Assembly: GCA_041663005.1 (NCBI GenBank)
Contig: JBAZRK010000001.1
Location: forward strand, 93,360-157,359
Length of the DNA stretch: 64,000 nt
From: Minisyncoccota bacterium
GTDB taxonomy: Bacteria > Patescibacteriota > Minisyncoccia > Phycocordibacterales > UBA9973
Reading direction: 5' to 3'
In this document: one piece after another, positions 17,711 through 26,575 of the stretch
Numbering within the stretch: position 1 is the stretch's first letter
How the letters are laid out: every line of letters starts with the position of its first letter
Position numbers and translations under genes: made by a program
Notes under the pieces: model-generated
The model's database searches: none
The model's input: the letters and a program-made list of their open reading frames with translations, nothing else
Told to the model about the DNA's origin: nothing

Positions 17711-20128
17711 ATGGCAGACCAAGAAGGCAATGTTTTCGTGAAGTGGTATAGCGAGGTAGGAATTGAGGATGTCCCTTTTGTAGGGGGGAAAAATGCAGCA
17801 CTAGGAGAAATGTATTCAAACTTGGTGCCACTTGGCGTAAACGTTCCGGACGGTTTTGCTCTTACGGCAGATGCGTATAGACACTTTTTTAAGGAAACCG
17901 GATTAGATGAAAGGATAAAAGAAATTTTAGCTGATTTAGATACTCGAAGCATAAAGAATTTGCAAGTTCGCGGAAAAAAGGTGCGAGAGACGATTTTAAA
18001 AGCTACCTTACCGCAAGATTTGAAAGATGCTGTTACCGAATCTTACGTCAAGCTTTGTGAAAAATATGGCAAGAATACTGACGTGGCTGTGCGTTCTTCG
18101 GCTACAGCTGAAGACTTGCCAGGAGCTTCTTTTGCCGGACAACAGGAAACATATTTGAATATTCACGGCATTGAAAATATTTTAGTTGCTACCAAGAAAT
18201 GCATCGCGTCGCTCTTTACCGACCGAGCAATATCTTACCGAGCCGATAAAGGGTTTTCGCATTTCGATGCAGCACTTTCCGTCGGTATTCAGAGAATGGT
18301 GCGCTCAGACCTCTCTTCTTCGGGCGTAGCCTTCACAATAGACACTGAAACCGGTTTTGATAAAGTCATAGTCATAAACGGTATTTATGGATTGGGAGAA
18401 TATATAGTGCAAGGTATGGTGATACCGGATGAATTTATTGTTTACAAACCCACACTTGAAGGCGGAGTAAAAAATCCAATCATTGGCAAACACTTAGGAA
18501 AAAAGAGCATTAAGCTGGTGTACGCGAAGGATGGAACCAAAAAAGAAAACGTAAAAGAAAAAGATCAAATACAATATTCTCTAACTGATGATGAAGTCAA
18601 GAAGCTGGCGGGCTGGTGTTTGCAAATAGAAAAATATTTCTCAAAAAAGCATAATAGATATCAACCGATGGATATAGAATGGGCGAAAGATGGAAAAACG
18701 GGGGAGCTGTTTATCGTGCAAGCGCGCCCCGAGACTGTGCGTTCTGCTGAAGATAAAAATGTTTTGAAAGAATATCATTTGGAAAAAACCGGCAAGGTGA
18801 TAGTGAACGGGATTTCTGTGGGGGCCAAGATGGGGAGTGGAAAAGTCCGAATACTAAAAAGCGCCAAAAATATTTCTCAATTCCAAAAAGGGGAGGTGTT
18901 GGTTACTGAAATTACCGATCCGGATTGGGAGCCGATAATGAAGATAGCCAGCGCGATCATAACCGACAAAGGAGGCCGAACTTCGCATGCAGCTATAGTT
19001 TCCCGCGAATTGGGGATTCCTTGCATTGTGGGGTCAAATAACGCCACTAAAACGCTTAAAAATGGGCAGGAGGTGACTGTGGATGCTTCTACGGGACAAG
19101 TGTATGAAGGTATATTGCCGTTTAAGGTTACTGAGCATCATCTGGATAAAGTTGCCAAGCCACCGGTAAAAATAATGGTAAATATTGGTTCGCCGAACGA
19201 CGCTTTTGCTAATCATCACTTACCAGCAGAAGGCGTGGGCCTCGGCAGGCTCGAGTTTATAATCGCTTCATTTGTGCGAGCACACCCAAATGCATTGCTT
19301 CAATACGAAAATCTCAAAAAGGGAAAACAAACTCCTTATATTAAAAATGTTCTAAAAGAAATTGACCGCTTAACTCCGCTTTATAAAAACAAAGCGCAAT
19401 TTTATGTGGATGAGCTGGCGCTCGGGATTGCTAAAATTGCGGCTACATTTGCTCCCCATGATGTGATAATTCGTTTTTCTGATTTCAAGACTAACGAGTA
19501 CCGCACACTTTTAGGTGGAGAGTTGTATGAACCCAAAGAAGAAAACCCGATGCTCGGATGGAGAGGTGCATCACGATATTATGATCCGAAATTTAAAGAT
19601 GCTTTTGCTTTGGAATGCCAAGCGATGAAAAAAGTTCGCGAAGAAATGGGATTCACAAATGTCGTGCCGATGATTCCTTTCTGCCGAACTCCAGAAGAAG
19701 GCAAGCAAGTTATCGAAGTTATGAAATCAAATGGCCTGGATAGAGCCACTGACCCTACTCTTCGAGTGTATGTAATGTGTGAAATTCCTTCAAATATTTT
19801 ACTTGCCGACGAGTTCCTAGAAATATTCGATGGTATGTCTATCGGTTCGAACGATCTGACTCAGCTTACTTTAGGACTTGATAGAGATTCTGGAATCGTC
19901 ACTCATATTGCCAATGAAAATAATCCAGCAGTCAAGAAAATGGTGGCAGAGATAATTCACAAATGCCGAGCGAAAAATAAATACATAGGTATTTGTGGAC
20001 AGGCTCCTTCGGACTATCCTGAGTTTGCAAAATTCTTGATGGAAGAGGGAATAGAAAGTATGTCGCTTAACCCCGACACAGTGTTTAAGATTATAATGGC
20101 GCTTGGCAATTCCACAAAAAGCGGTTAA
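17711..20128 (+). CDS. ppsA: phosphoenolpyruvate synthase (pyruvate, water dikinase)
   Basis: N-terminal VGGKNAALGEM, the phospho-histidine motif GGRTSHAAIVSRELGIPCIVG and the C-terminal PEP-utilising domain. Confidence 0.85.
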   Translation: MADQEGNVFVKWYSEVGIEDVPFVGGKNAALGEMYSNLVPLGVNVPDGFALTADAYRHFFKETGLDERIKEILADLDTRSIKNLQVRGKKVRETILKATLPQDLKDAVTESYVKLCEKYGKNTDVAVRSSATAEDLPGASFAGQQETYLNIHGIENILVATKKCIASLFTDRAISYRADKGFSHFDAALSVGIQRMVRSDLSSSGVAFTIDTETGFDKVIVINGIYGLGEYIVQGMVIPDEFIVYKPTLEGGVKNPIIGKHLGKKSIKLVYAKDGTKKENVKEKDQIQYSLTDDEVKKLAGWCLQIEKYFSKKHNRYQPMDIEWAKDGKTGELFIVQARPETVRSAEDKNVLKEYHLEKTGKVIVNGISVGAKMGSGKVRILKSAKNISQFQKGEVLVTEITDPDWEPIMKIASAIITDKGGRTSHAAIVSRELGIPCIVGSNNATKTLKNGQEVTVDASTGQVYEGILPFKVTEHHLDKVAKPPVKIMVNIGSPNDAFANHHLPAEGVGLGRLEFIIASFVRAHPNALLQYENLKKGKQTPYIKNVLKEIDRLTPLYKNKAQFYVDELALGIAKIAATFAPHDVIIRFSDFKTNEYRTLLGGELYEPKEENPMLGWRGASRYYDPKFKDAFALECQAMKKVREEMGFTNVVPMIPFCRTPEEGKQVIEVMKSNGLDRATDPTLRVYVMCEIPSNILLADEFLEIFDGMSIGSNDLTQLTLGLDRDSGIVTHIANENNPAVKKMVAEIIHKCRAKNKYIGICGQAPSDYPEFAKFLMEEGIESMSLNPDTVFKIIMALGNSTKSG

Positions 20129-20140
20129 TATACCGCTTAA

Positions 20141-20211
20141 GCGGGATTAGTTTAGTGGTAAAATGAGTCCTTCCCAAGGATTAGACGCGGGTTCGATTCC
20201 CGCATCCCGCA
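20141..20211 (+). tRNA. tRNA-Gly (anticodon CCC)
   Basis: Hand-folded. Acceptor GCGGGAT/ATCCCGC, anticodon stem AGTCC/GGATT, loop TTCCCAA, T-arm GCGGG-TTCGATT-CCCGC, discriminator A. Confidence 0.85.
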
Positions 20212-20274
20212 CAAAAAGGGCACGCTTGACAGGTATGCTATAATTAAAATATTAGAAGTTAACAGAGAAAAATT

Positions 20275-20511
20275 ATGCAAAACGTAACCATTTATTCGAC
20301 TCCGACCTGCCACTTCTGCCATATGGCTAAAGAGTTTTTCAAAGAAAACAATGTGGCCTATACCGACTATGACGTTGCGGCAGATTTGGAAAAAAGACAA
20401 GAAATGATGCAAAAAAGTGGACAGCTAGGTGTACCCGTAATCGTTATTGGTAATGACATAACTGTAGGTTTCGATCGCCCAAAGCTCGCTAAGCTTCTAA
20501 ACTTGGCCTAG
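20275..20511 (+). CDS. glutaredoxin-like protein (NrdH/Grx family)
   Basis: 78 aa with a CHFC redox motif after beta1 (YSTPTCHFCHMAK) and a thioredoxin-fold length. Confidence 0.7.
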   Translation: MQNVTIYSTPTCHFCHMAKEFFKENNVAYTDYDVAADLEKRQEMMQKSGQLGVPVIVIGNDITVGFDRPKLAKLLNLA

Positions 20512-21745
20512 TTTTCTTCAGCGGCAAAGTTACGATAAAAGTGCTTCCTTTCCCAAGGGAGCTTTTTACGTCTATTTTGCCTTTATGTAGGTCTATGACC
20601 CACTTTGCTATGGGAAGACCGAGTCCAGAATGGCCACCTTCGCGGTTGTGAGATTTATCCGCACGGAAAAAACGTTCAAATATGTGTGGCAAGTCTTCTT
20701 TGGAAATGCCCACGCCGTCGTCTTTAACATGTATGGCCACGGATGTTTTGTTTGTTTCAATAGCAACCTCAATTTTAGTTCCGCCGTAAGTTATTGCGTT
20801 TCTTACCAAGTTTAGGAAGACCCGTTCTAAGTATTTCTCGTCTCCTAAGATAACAGCATTTTTTGCGCCGCGTTTTTTCAGAATGGTTATGCCTTTTTCT
20901 TTGGCCAGATTTTTTAATTTATCGGCCGCGCGGTGCGCAATATCAGCCACATTTACTGGGACGGAGGTTATTGATCGGCGGACCTTACCCGAGGTTATAA
21001 GTACAAGGTCTGAAAGTAATTCAGACAAGTTCACGATCTCCTCATCTATGTCCTTAAGTGCATTTTTAGCGGACTTCAAATCGTTTTTCTTATTAGCTAG
21101 ATAAATGTGCCCGCGCATAATAGTAAGGGGAGTCCGAAATTCGTGGGTAGTATTTGCGATAAATTCACTTTTCAATTTTTCCTGTATCAGAAGAATGTTT
21201 GTGGCCTTTTCCCTTTCTTTCATAGCTGTGGCTTCTTTTTCTTGCGCAACCAGTTTATGTATCGTTATTGCCTGTGCGGCGGTGCTACCTATTGCTTGCG
21301 CAAAAACCAATTCATTTTTTGTGAAATTATGTGGCTTTTTATTGCAAAACATTAAACTGCCGTAAATATGATTGCCGTGATAAATCGGGATAATGACATA
21401 ACTCTTCATGTAATGATTTATGTCGTCTATGTCTAGTGATTTGTAGTTTTTGTTCTTTACCTGGCTGTCGGAAAAAGGTTTTTTAGTTTTTATAGCTATA
21501 TAATTGCCGCCTTCGGGTCTTGGTAGAGGGGGGTCAAAAGGAACATTGGGGCACTTATACGCTAGCCTGAAACCTTCGCCGTCTTTCCACCACGCCCAAC
21601 CGAAGTCAGCTTCCAGGATTTTAATACCGCTCAATATGAAATTTTTGATTATCACCCTGTCGTCCTTTTCCACCATAGAGTCTAGTGTGGTTTGGTTGAG
21701 CAAAGTTATTTTTTTTGAAATTATATCAATTCTAGGTTGTGTCAT
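20489..21745 (-). CDS. cytoplasmic sensor histidine kinase (GAF-like N-terminal domain plus HisKA plus HATPase_c), with no response regulator adjacent
   Basis: H-box HEFRTPLTIMRG. N/G boxes LVRNAITYG, DDGVGIS and GLGLPIAK. No TM segment. Confidence 0.8.
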   Translation of the reverse strand: MTQPRIDIISKKITLLNQTTLDSMVEKDDRVIIKNFILSGIKILEADFGWAWWKDGEGFRLAYKCPNVPFDPPLPRPEGGNYIAIKTKKPFSDSQVKNKNYKSLDIDDINHYMKSYVIIPIYHGNHIYGSLMFCNKKPHNFTKNELVFAQAIGSTAAQAITIHKLVAQEKEATAMKEREKATNILLIQEKLKSEFIANTTHEFRTPLTIMRGHIYLANKKNDLKSAKNALKDIDEEIVNLSELLSDLVLITSGKVRRSITSVPVNVADIAHRAADKLKNLAKEKGITILKKRGAKNAVILGDEKYLERVFLNLVRNAITYGGTKIEVAIETNKTSVAIHVKDDGVGISKEDLPHIFERFFRADKSHNREGGHSGLGLPIAKWVIDLHKGKIDVKSSLGKGSTFIVTLPLKKTRPSLEA

Positions 21746-21806
21746 AAATTTTTAGAACTGTGCGGGGGAGAGGAAGCATCGCTTCTCTCCACCCGCCAGT
21801 ACTTGA

Positions 21807-22349
21807 TCATGCTAACTTCACACCCCCCATGTAGAATGCGCTCATGTCCCTGAGGCCGGCTCGACCTCCCGTGAATTGAGAATAGTCTCGTACGAGGAAC
21901 GATTCCTGCTTCTGGTTCCACCAGAAGAGCAGGGCGTAGGCATACCGTCCACCAACCAGCATTTGCAGACCGCTGGGATACTGTTTGGCGAAGTTCGGAT
22001 CTTGCAAACACAGCGCAAGCTGGGCCTGAAAGTCCGCACGGAGCCCGTAACGCCTGTACTGTAGGAACAACTCATACGACGAGGTAAACCTCGGGAGGAA
22101 GAAGAAGAAAAGTTCGACTTCCTCTATTCCCGTCCCATACCGACAGAACCGGAGGACTTCCGGGTCTATGTGTTTTCTACCGGAGAGATCCTCTATCTGT
22201 TGCTGGATCGCGTCCCTGTCCACCAAAACTTTTCGAGAAAAAAGTTTTGGTGCGGGATTGTTTAGTTCAGGGCTGTGGACCGAGAGTCGGGCGGACGATA
22301 TTACAAACTCATCCGTTTCGTCTCCCCTCAACACGAGTTTCGATATCAT
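21807..22349 (-). CDS. hypothetical protein encoded in a locally GC-rich patch with a strong Shine-Dalgarno site
   Basis: AAAGGAGGGGAA precedes the ATG on the - strand. Composition is GC-rich relative to neighbours, and several overlapping frames are open, so frame choice rests on the SD site. Confidence 0.4.
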   Translation of the reverse strand: MISKLVLRGDETDEFVISSARLSVHSPELNNPAPKLFSRKVLVDRDAIQQQIEDLSGRKHIDPEVLRFCRYGTGIEEVELFFFFLPRFTSSYELFLQYRRYGLRADFQAQLALCLQDPNFAKQYPSGLQMLVGGRYAYALLFWWNQKQESFLVRDYSQFTGGRAGLRDMSAFYMGGVKLA

Positions 22350-22598
22350 TTCCCCTCCTTTCAGGGGTGTTTTGCGACCCCTTAAGAACGGGGGTGAGGT
22401 TAGAGCATTGTTAATGGAAAGAACAACACTGATGTATTTTTACCACAAAACCGAGTAATCCACAAGAAAATTTAATCTGAATTTAATAGATGAGCTTGAG
22501 CTTATGCGGCTACAAATAATTTTTCGCCATCGCTCAAAATTTTCGCAGTCCACCCCTCGTGGTTTTGCGTGCTCGTAAAACATTGCTGCGGTTGACCC

Positions 22599-22628
22599 AG
22601 AACGAAAAAAAGCGCAACAGTGCGCTTT
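22599..22628 (-). terminator. intrinsic terminator downstream of tRNA-Arg (- strand)
   Basis: Hairpin AGCGCAC-TGTT-GCGCT followed on the - strand by TTTTTTT. Confidence 0.5.
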
Positions 22629-22640
22629 CCTTCGTTTCTG

Positions 22641-22712
22641 TGTCCTCGGCAGGAATCGAACCTGCAATTACTCCTTAGGACGGAGTCGTTATATCCATTT
22701 AACTACGAAGAC
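22641..22712 (-). tRNA. tRNA-Arg (anticodon CCT)
   Basis: Reverse complement folds as acceptor GTCTTCG/CGAGGAC, D-stem GTTA/TAAC, anticodon stem ACTCC/GGAGT with loop GTCCTAA, T-arm GCAGG-TTCGATT-CCTGC. Confidence 0.8.
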
Positions 22713-22788
22713 TTACACCTTATAATTTAGCACACAAAGCGGGGATTAGGAATTGGATTTTTTATATTATTTTTGCTAGTATTTAGCC

Positions 22789-23043
22789 ATGTCGCCCGAA
22801 GAAAGAGAGATGCTTTTGAAATGTGTCACTCTCGCTGAGGAGAACAATAAAATATTGCATGCGATGAAGCGTTCTATGATGTGGACGCGGGTTACACGAA
22901 TTGTGTATTGGACCTTGATAATAGGCTCTACTGTCGGGGCTTATTATTTCATCCAGCCGTATTTAGAGCAGATTATCGGAGTGTACGGCGGTACCAAATC
23001 GAGTATCGACAACGTTAACTCCCTTTTTGAAAATTTTAGATAG
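22789..23043 (+). CDS. small hypothetical protein with one TM helix
   Basis: 84 aa. VTRIVYWTLIIGSTVGAYYFI is a hydrophobic span. Confidence 0.4.
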   Translation: MSPEEREMLLKCVTLAEENNKILHAMKRSMMWTRVTRIVYWTLIIGSTVGAYYFIQPYLEQIIGVYGGTKSSIDNVNSLFENFR

Positions 23044-23048
23044 CAAAT

Positions 23049-23121
23049 GCCTGGGTAGCTCAGTTGGTAGAGCATTCCCCTGAAGAGGGAAGGGTCCGCA
23101 GTTCGATCCTGCGCCCAGGCA
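23049..23121 (+). tRNA. tRNA-Phe (anticodon GAA)
   Basis: Acceptor GCCTGGG/CCCAGGC, D-arm GCTCAGTTGGTAGAGC, anticodon stem TTCCC/GGGAA with loop CTGAAGA, T-arm CGCAG-TTCGATC-CTGCG. Confidence 0.9.
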
Positions 23122-23163
23122 CACAAAACAAAACAGCGCCGCGGCGCTGTTTTGTTTTGTGTG
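23122..23163. terminator. bidirectional terminator (perfect 20-bp palindrome) between tRNA-Phe and the converging hsp20
   Basis: CACAAAACAAAACAGCGCC-GC-GGCGCTGTTTTGTTTTGTG. The U-rich arms can serve either strand. Confidence 0.7.
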
Positions 23164-23652
23164 CTAAATAGATTTAACTCGAATATTTGATTTCTTTTCT
23201 TTGTCTACCTTCTTTATTTTTATAGTGAGTAGACCGTGCCTTTCAGTTGCCTCAACTTCTTCCGGTTCAACTTCTGCAGGAAGAGAAATAGTTCTCGAAA
23301 ACTTGCCCCAGTAAAGCTCCTTTGTGAAATAGTTATCTTCATCGATAGTGCGAGATTCTTCGCGCTTGCCTCGTACGGTGACCACATCGCGGGCGACGGA
23401 AATCTCCAAGTCCTCCGGCTTAACGCCAGCCACCATTGTTTGAATTACCATATCGGTCGGCGTTTGATAGACGTCTACGGTGAGTTCCGCTTCGTCGTTC
23501 TCTTCTTCTATCCAGCTTGCCACGCCTTTCTTATCATTCTTTTCTGATTTGCCATTGCGACCCGCATACGCATTATTTTCTTGTTCGTCTTCTTCCTCCA
23601 GACTCAAGCTGCCGGTTAATCTTTCAAAAAAACTTCTCTTTTTCTTTTCCAT
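23164..23652 (-). CDS. small heat-shock protein (Hsp20/alpha-crystallin family)
   Basis: Alpha-crystallin domain pattern (LTVDVYQT...GVKPEDLEISV...LTIKIKKV). Confidence 0.85.
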   Translation of the reverse strand: MEKKKRSFFERLTGSLSLEEEDEQENNAYAGRNGKSEKNDKKGVASWIEEENDEAELTVDVYQTPTDMVIQTMVAGVKPEDLEISVARDVVTVRGKREESRTIDEDNYFTKELYWGKFSRTISLPAEVEPEEVEATERHGLLTIKIKKVDKEKKSNIRVKSI

Positions 23653-23679
23653 AAATATTTTTTATTAATTATAATTTTT

Positions 23680-24378
23680 TTATTTACTTATTCGACGAAC
23701 TTTTTCAAAAAGTAGCAGAATTAAAATAGTCGCTACCCAGAGAAACGCGAAAACTTTCATAAAATCATTGCCGCTGTTCCTTATTATAAAGAAATTAAAA
23801 GCGCTGTGCAAGGCGATGGCTACAATAAAACCTAAAATTGTCGAGAACGTCCTGGTTAACCTCCCTGAATGCATCGACATTCCTATCGCGATGCCCAAAC
23901 TTCCGCTCGCAACAGTGTGGAGGAGAGTAGAGCCTACGAACCTGAGCTGTCCAGTTAGAAGCGCAACAGTGGCGCCGGAAAGGGCGATAGGTTTTATTAA
24001 AAATAAAGTATTTTCCAGCGTAGCGAAGCCCAATGCCGCCGTAATCATGTATATCGGCCAGTCTATCGGATGGTCCGCGTTGTTGGTTCGGTAAAGCACA
24101 GCTAGGACCGCGAGGTATTTGAGAACTTCCTCCGCACTGGCCCAGAGCGCAAGCTTGCCCTCGTAGGAGCCGATGTGCGCATCAATAAATTTCTGTACCG
24201 GAAGAACTAGCACCACCGTAGCTATGCCCATAGCGAAAACAATAGCGAGTAGAACTGCGGGTTCCGGGTGCTCTTCGTCTTCTTTTAGCCAGAACCATAA
24301 CCAAAAGAGAGAGGGTATAAGCCCGCCGAAAACGAACGCAAGAGCGAAAATTTTTATATCTCCTCCTGGGATGGCCAT
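23680..24378 (-). CDS. PrsW-family intramembrane protease
   Basis: Motifs EEVLKY (EExxK), FATLEN and HSAFNF sit within a 5-6 TM scaffold. Confidence 0.6.
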   Translation of the reverse strand: MAIPGGDIKIFALAFVFGGLIPSLFWLWFWLKEDEEHPEPAVLLAIVFAMGIATVVLVLPVQKFIDAHIGSYEGKLALWASAEEVLKYLAVLAVLYRTNNADHPIDWPIYMITAALGFATLENTLFLIKPIALSGATVALLTGQLRFVGSTLLHTVASGSLGIAIGMSMHSGRLTRTFSTILGFIVAIALHSAFNFFIIRNSGNDFMKVFAFLWVATILILLLFEKVRRISK

Positions 24379-26537
24379 TTTTCTGTCATTAATAAAGTTC
24401 TATTGTGCATCGACCATATTTCTTCGGTAACAAAAGGCATAAAGGGATGCAGGGCTTTGAGTAGGGTGTTGAGTTGTGTCAGGAGCAGAGCTCGCGCCGA
24501 GTCGACGTTGGTATTATTTTTTTCACTTTCGATAATTTTCTTTTTAGAGCGTTCGATTATGATGTCGGCGAAGGTGTGCCAGAAATAATGATACAATTTT
24601 TCAGCGACGATGTAGAACTTGTATTCATCCATTTCATTTGTAATTTCGGCTATGAGGGCGCGCAACTCTTCATCGGATTTCTTATCATCTTCGTCATACT
24701 TAAGTTCTTTGGGATTTTCTGAAAGTGTGAAATCTTGGGTGTTATCGTAGACAAATCGCGCTGCGTTCCAGATTTTATTTGAAAACTTGCTATAAGCTTT
24801 AACTTTTTGAATATCAAATTTGCCGTCGGCACCCGGACCTATGCCTACAATCATAGACATCCGTAAAGCGTCCGCTCCGTGCTCCTTGATAACTTCTAGA
24901 GGGTCTACGCCGTTGTTGAGTGACTTACTAAATTTCTGACCCTTAGCATCACGCAATATGCCGTGGAGATATACTGTTTCAAAAGGTATAGTGCCTATCA
25001 AGTATTGTGACATCAGAATCATTCGCGCCACCCAGAAGAAAAGAATTTCGTAGCCGGGATTAATCACGTTAGTTGGATGAAAGTTTTTCAGGTCTTCGGT
25101 GTTTTCCGGCCATCCGAGTGTTGAGAAAGTCCATAATCCGGAAGAAAACCAGGTATCGAGAGTATCTTCGTCCTGCACCCACCCTGAGCCTTCTGGAGCC
25201 TTAATCCCGCAATAAATCTCTTCGTCCTTGTACCACACTGGTATTCTGTGTCCGTACCAAATTTGACGGGAAATGCACCAATCGCGCAGATTTTCTATCC
25301 AGTTGAAATACACCCGTTTGAAGTGGTCAGGAATTATCTTTATCTTTTTCTCACGAACCGGCTCCAGCATCAGTTCTTTCAGAGACTTGTTTCCCCGAGC
25401 CGGGATTTTTTTATTTACATCCACGAACCATTGGAGCATTATTTGCGGTTCGATAAGCCCACCAGTGCGTTCTGCGGTCGCCACTCTGTTTACGTAATTT
25501 TCATCAACCGAGACCAGAAGCCCTTTATCTTTCAATTTTTCAACAATTTTTTCTCTGGCGTCGGTGATTTTCATACCGACAAATTCTTGGGCAACAGGTA
25601 GAAGTTTACCGTACGGGTCTATTATTTGCTCCTTGTCCAGTTTATATTTTTCCGCTAGAGCGAAGTCTTCGTGTGAATGCCAGGGAGTTATTGTCATAAC
25701 TCCGGTGCCGAATTCCATATCAATCATCTCGTCTTTAATGACCGTAGCTTCTACCGGGCCATTAATCCACTCAAGAGATAGTTTCTGACCGTGAGTATAA
25801 TCTTGGTAGCGTTTGTCGTCCGGATGCATCACTACATACTTGTCGCCAAATTTTGTTTCTGGCCTGGCAGTCCCTATTTCAAAAGGTCCATATTTAAAAG
25901 TATAAAATTTCCCCTTTCTTTCTTCGTACACGAGCTCATCGTCGGAAATAACAGTTTGGCCCTTCGGATCCCAGTTGACGATGCGATGTCCGCGATAAAT
26001 CAGTCCGTCGTCATACATCTGCTTGAAGGCGGTGCGAACCGCAAAGTTGCGCTTCTCGTCGAAAGTGAAAGCTTCTCTGGACCAGTCGAGTGATGCGCCC
26101 ATTTTGCGAAGTTGGCTGACGATAGTTTTCCTGCTACCCTCGACAAATTCGTTGACGCGCTCCAAGAATTTTTCTCGGCCGATATCTTTTTTCTTGATGC
26201 CTTCCTTCTCAAGCATTTTTGTTACCTTTGAATCTGTGGCTATGGCGGCGTGATCCGTACCCGGAATCCATACTGTTTGTTTCCCTTGCATTCGCTGGTA
26301 CCGTATCATCGTGTCTTGCATTGAGTCCTCAAGTGTGTGACCCAAGTGTAAAACACCAGTTGCGTTGGGAGGTGGGAGAACAATAGAGAACCTTTTACCG
26401 AAATTAGCGTTGGTTTTAGAATTTTTTGCCCATTCGGGTCGTACTTCTGGCGCAAAAAAACCGCTCTCTTCCCAAAGCTTATAAATTCTGTCCTCGGTAT
26501 TTTGCGGGTCGTAGGGCTTTTTCAGACGGTCGTCCAT
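24354..26537 (-). CDS. valS: valyl-tRNA synthetase (compact form without a long C-terminal coiled coil)
   Basis: PPPNATGVLHLGH (HIGH), the editing-domain TARPETKFGD...HPDD and KFSKS (KMSKS). 727 aa, ending shortly after the anticodon-binding domain. Confidence 0.85.
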   Translation of the reverse strand: MDDRLKKPYDPQNTEDRIYKLWEESGFFAPEVRPEWAKNSKTNANFGKRFSIVLPPPNATGVLHLGHTLEDSMQDTMIRYQRMQGKQTVWIPGTDHAAIATDSKVTKMLEKEGIKKKDIGREKFLERVNEFVEGSRKTIVSQLRKMGASLDWSREAFTFDEKRNFAVRTAFKQMYDDGLIYRGHRIVNWDPKGQTVISDDELVYEERKGKFYTFKYGPFEIGTARPETKFGDKYVVMHPDDKRYQDYTHGQKLSLEWINGPVEATVIKDEMIDMEFGTGVMTITPWHSHEDFALAEKYKLDKEQIIDPYGKLLPVAQEFVGMKITDAREKIVEKLKDKGLLVSVDENYVNRVATAERTGGLIEPQIMLQWFVDVNKKIPARGNKSLKELMLEPVREKKIKIIPDHFKRVYFNWIENLRDWCISRQIWYGHRIPVWYKDEEIYCGIKAPEGSGWVQDEDTLDTWFSSGLWTFSTLGWPENTEDLKNFHPTNVINPGYEILFFWVARMILMSQYLIGTIPFETVYLHGILRDAKGQKFSKSLNNGVDPLEVIKEHGADALRMSMIVGIGPGADGKFDIQKVKAYSKFSNKIWNAARFVYDNTQDFTLSENPKELKYDEDDKKSDEELRALIAEITNEMDEYKFYIVAEKLYHYFWHTFADIIIERSKKKIIESEKNNTNVDSARALLLTQLNTLLKALHPFMPFVTEEIWSMHNRTLLMTEKWPSQEEI

Positions 26538-26575
26538 TTCGTAATAATATCATACCTACCGGGCCTGAGCGAGGA

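Noticed and set aside
20152-20412. ORF on the - strand overlapping tRNA-Gly
   Set aside because: It overlaps a well-folded tRNA and the start of the glutaredoxin gene, with no RBS. Spurious.
21750-22460. RNase P RNA, tmRNA or SRP RNA in the GC-rich patch and in 57.6-58.2 kb
   Set aside because: I found no match to the conserved RNase P P4 motifs (AGGAAAGTCC, ACAGAAA), the tmRNA tag-reading frame or the SRP domain IV GGAA motif context. Only a covariance-model search could settle this.
22944-23126. ORF on the - strand overlapping tRNA-Phe
   Set aside because: It is antisense to a tRNA and the 3' end of a + strand ORF. Spurious.
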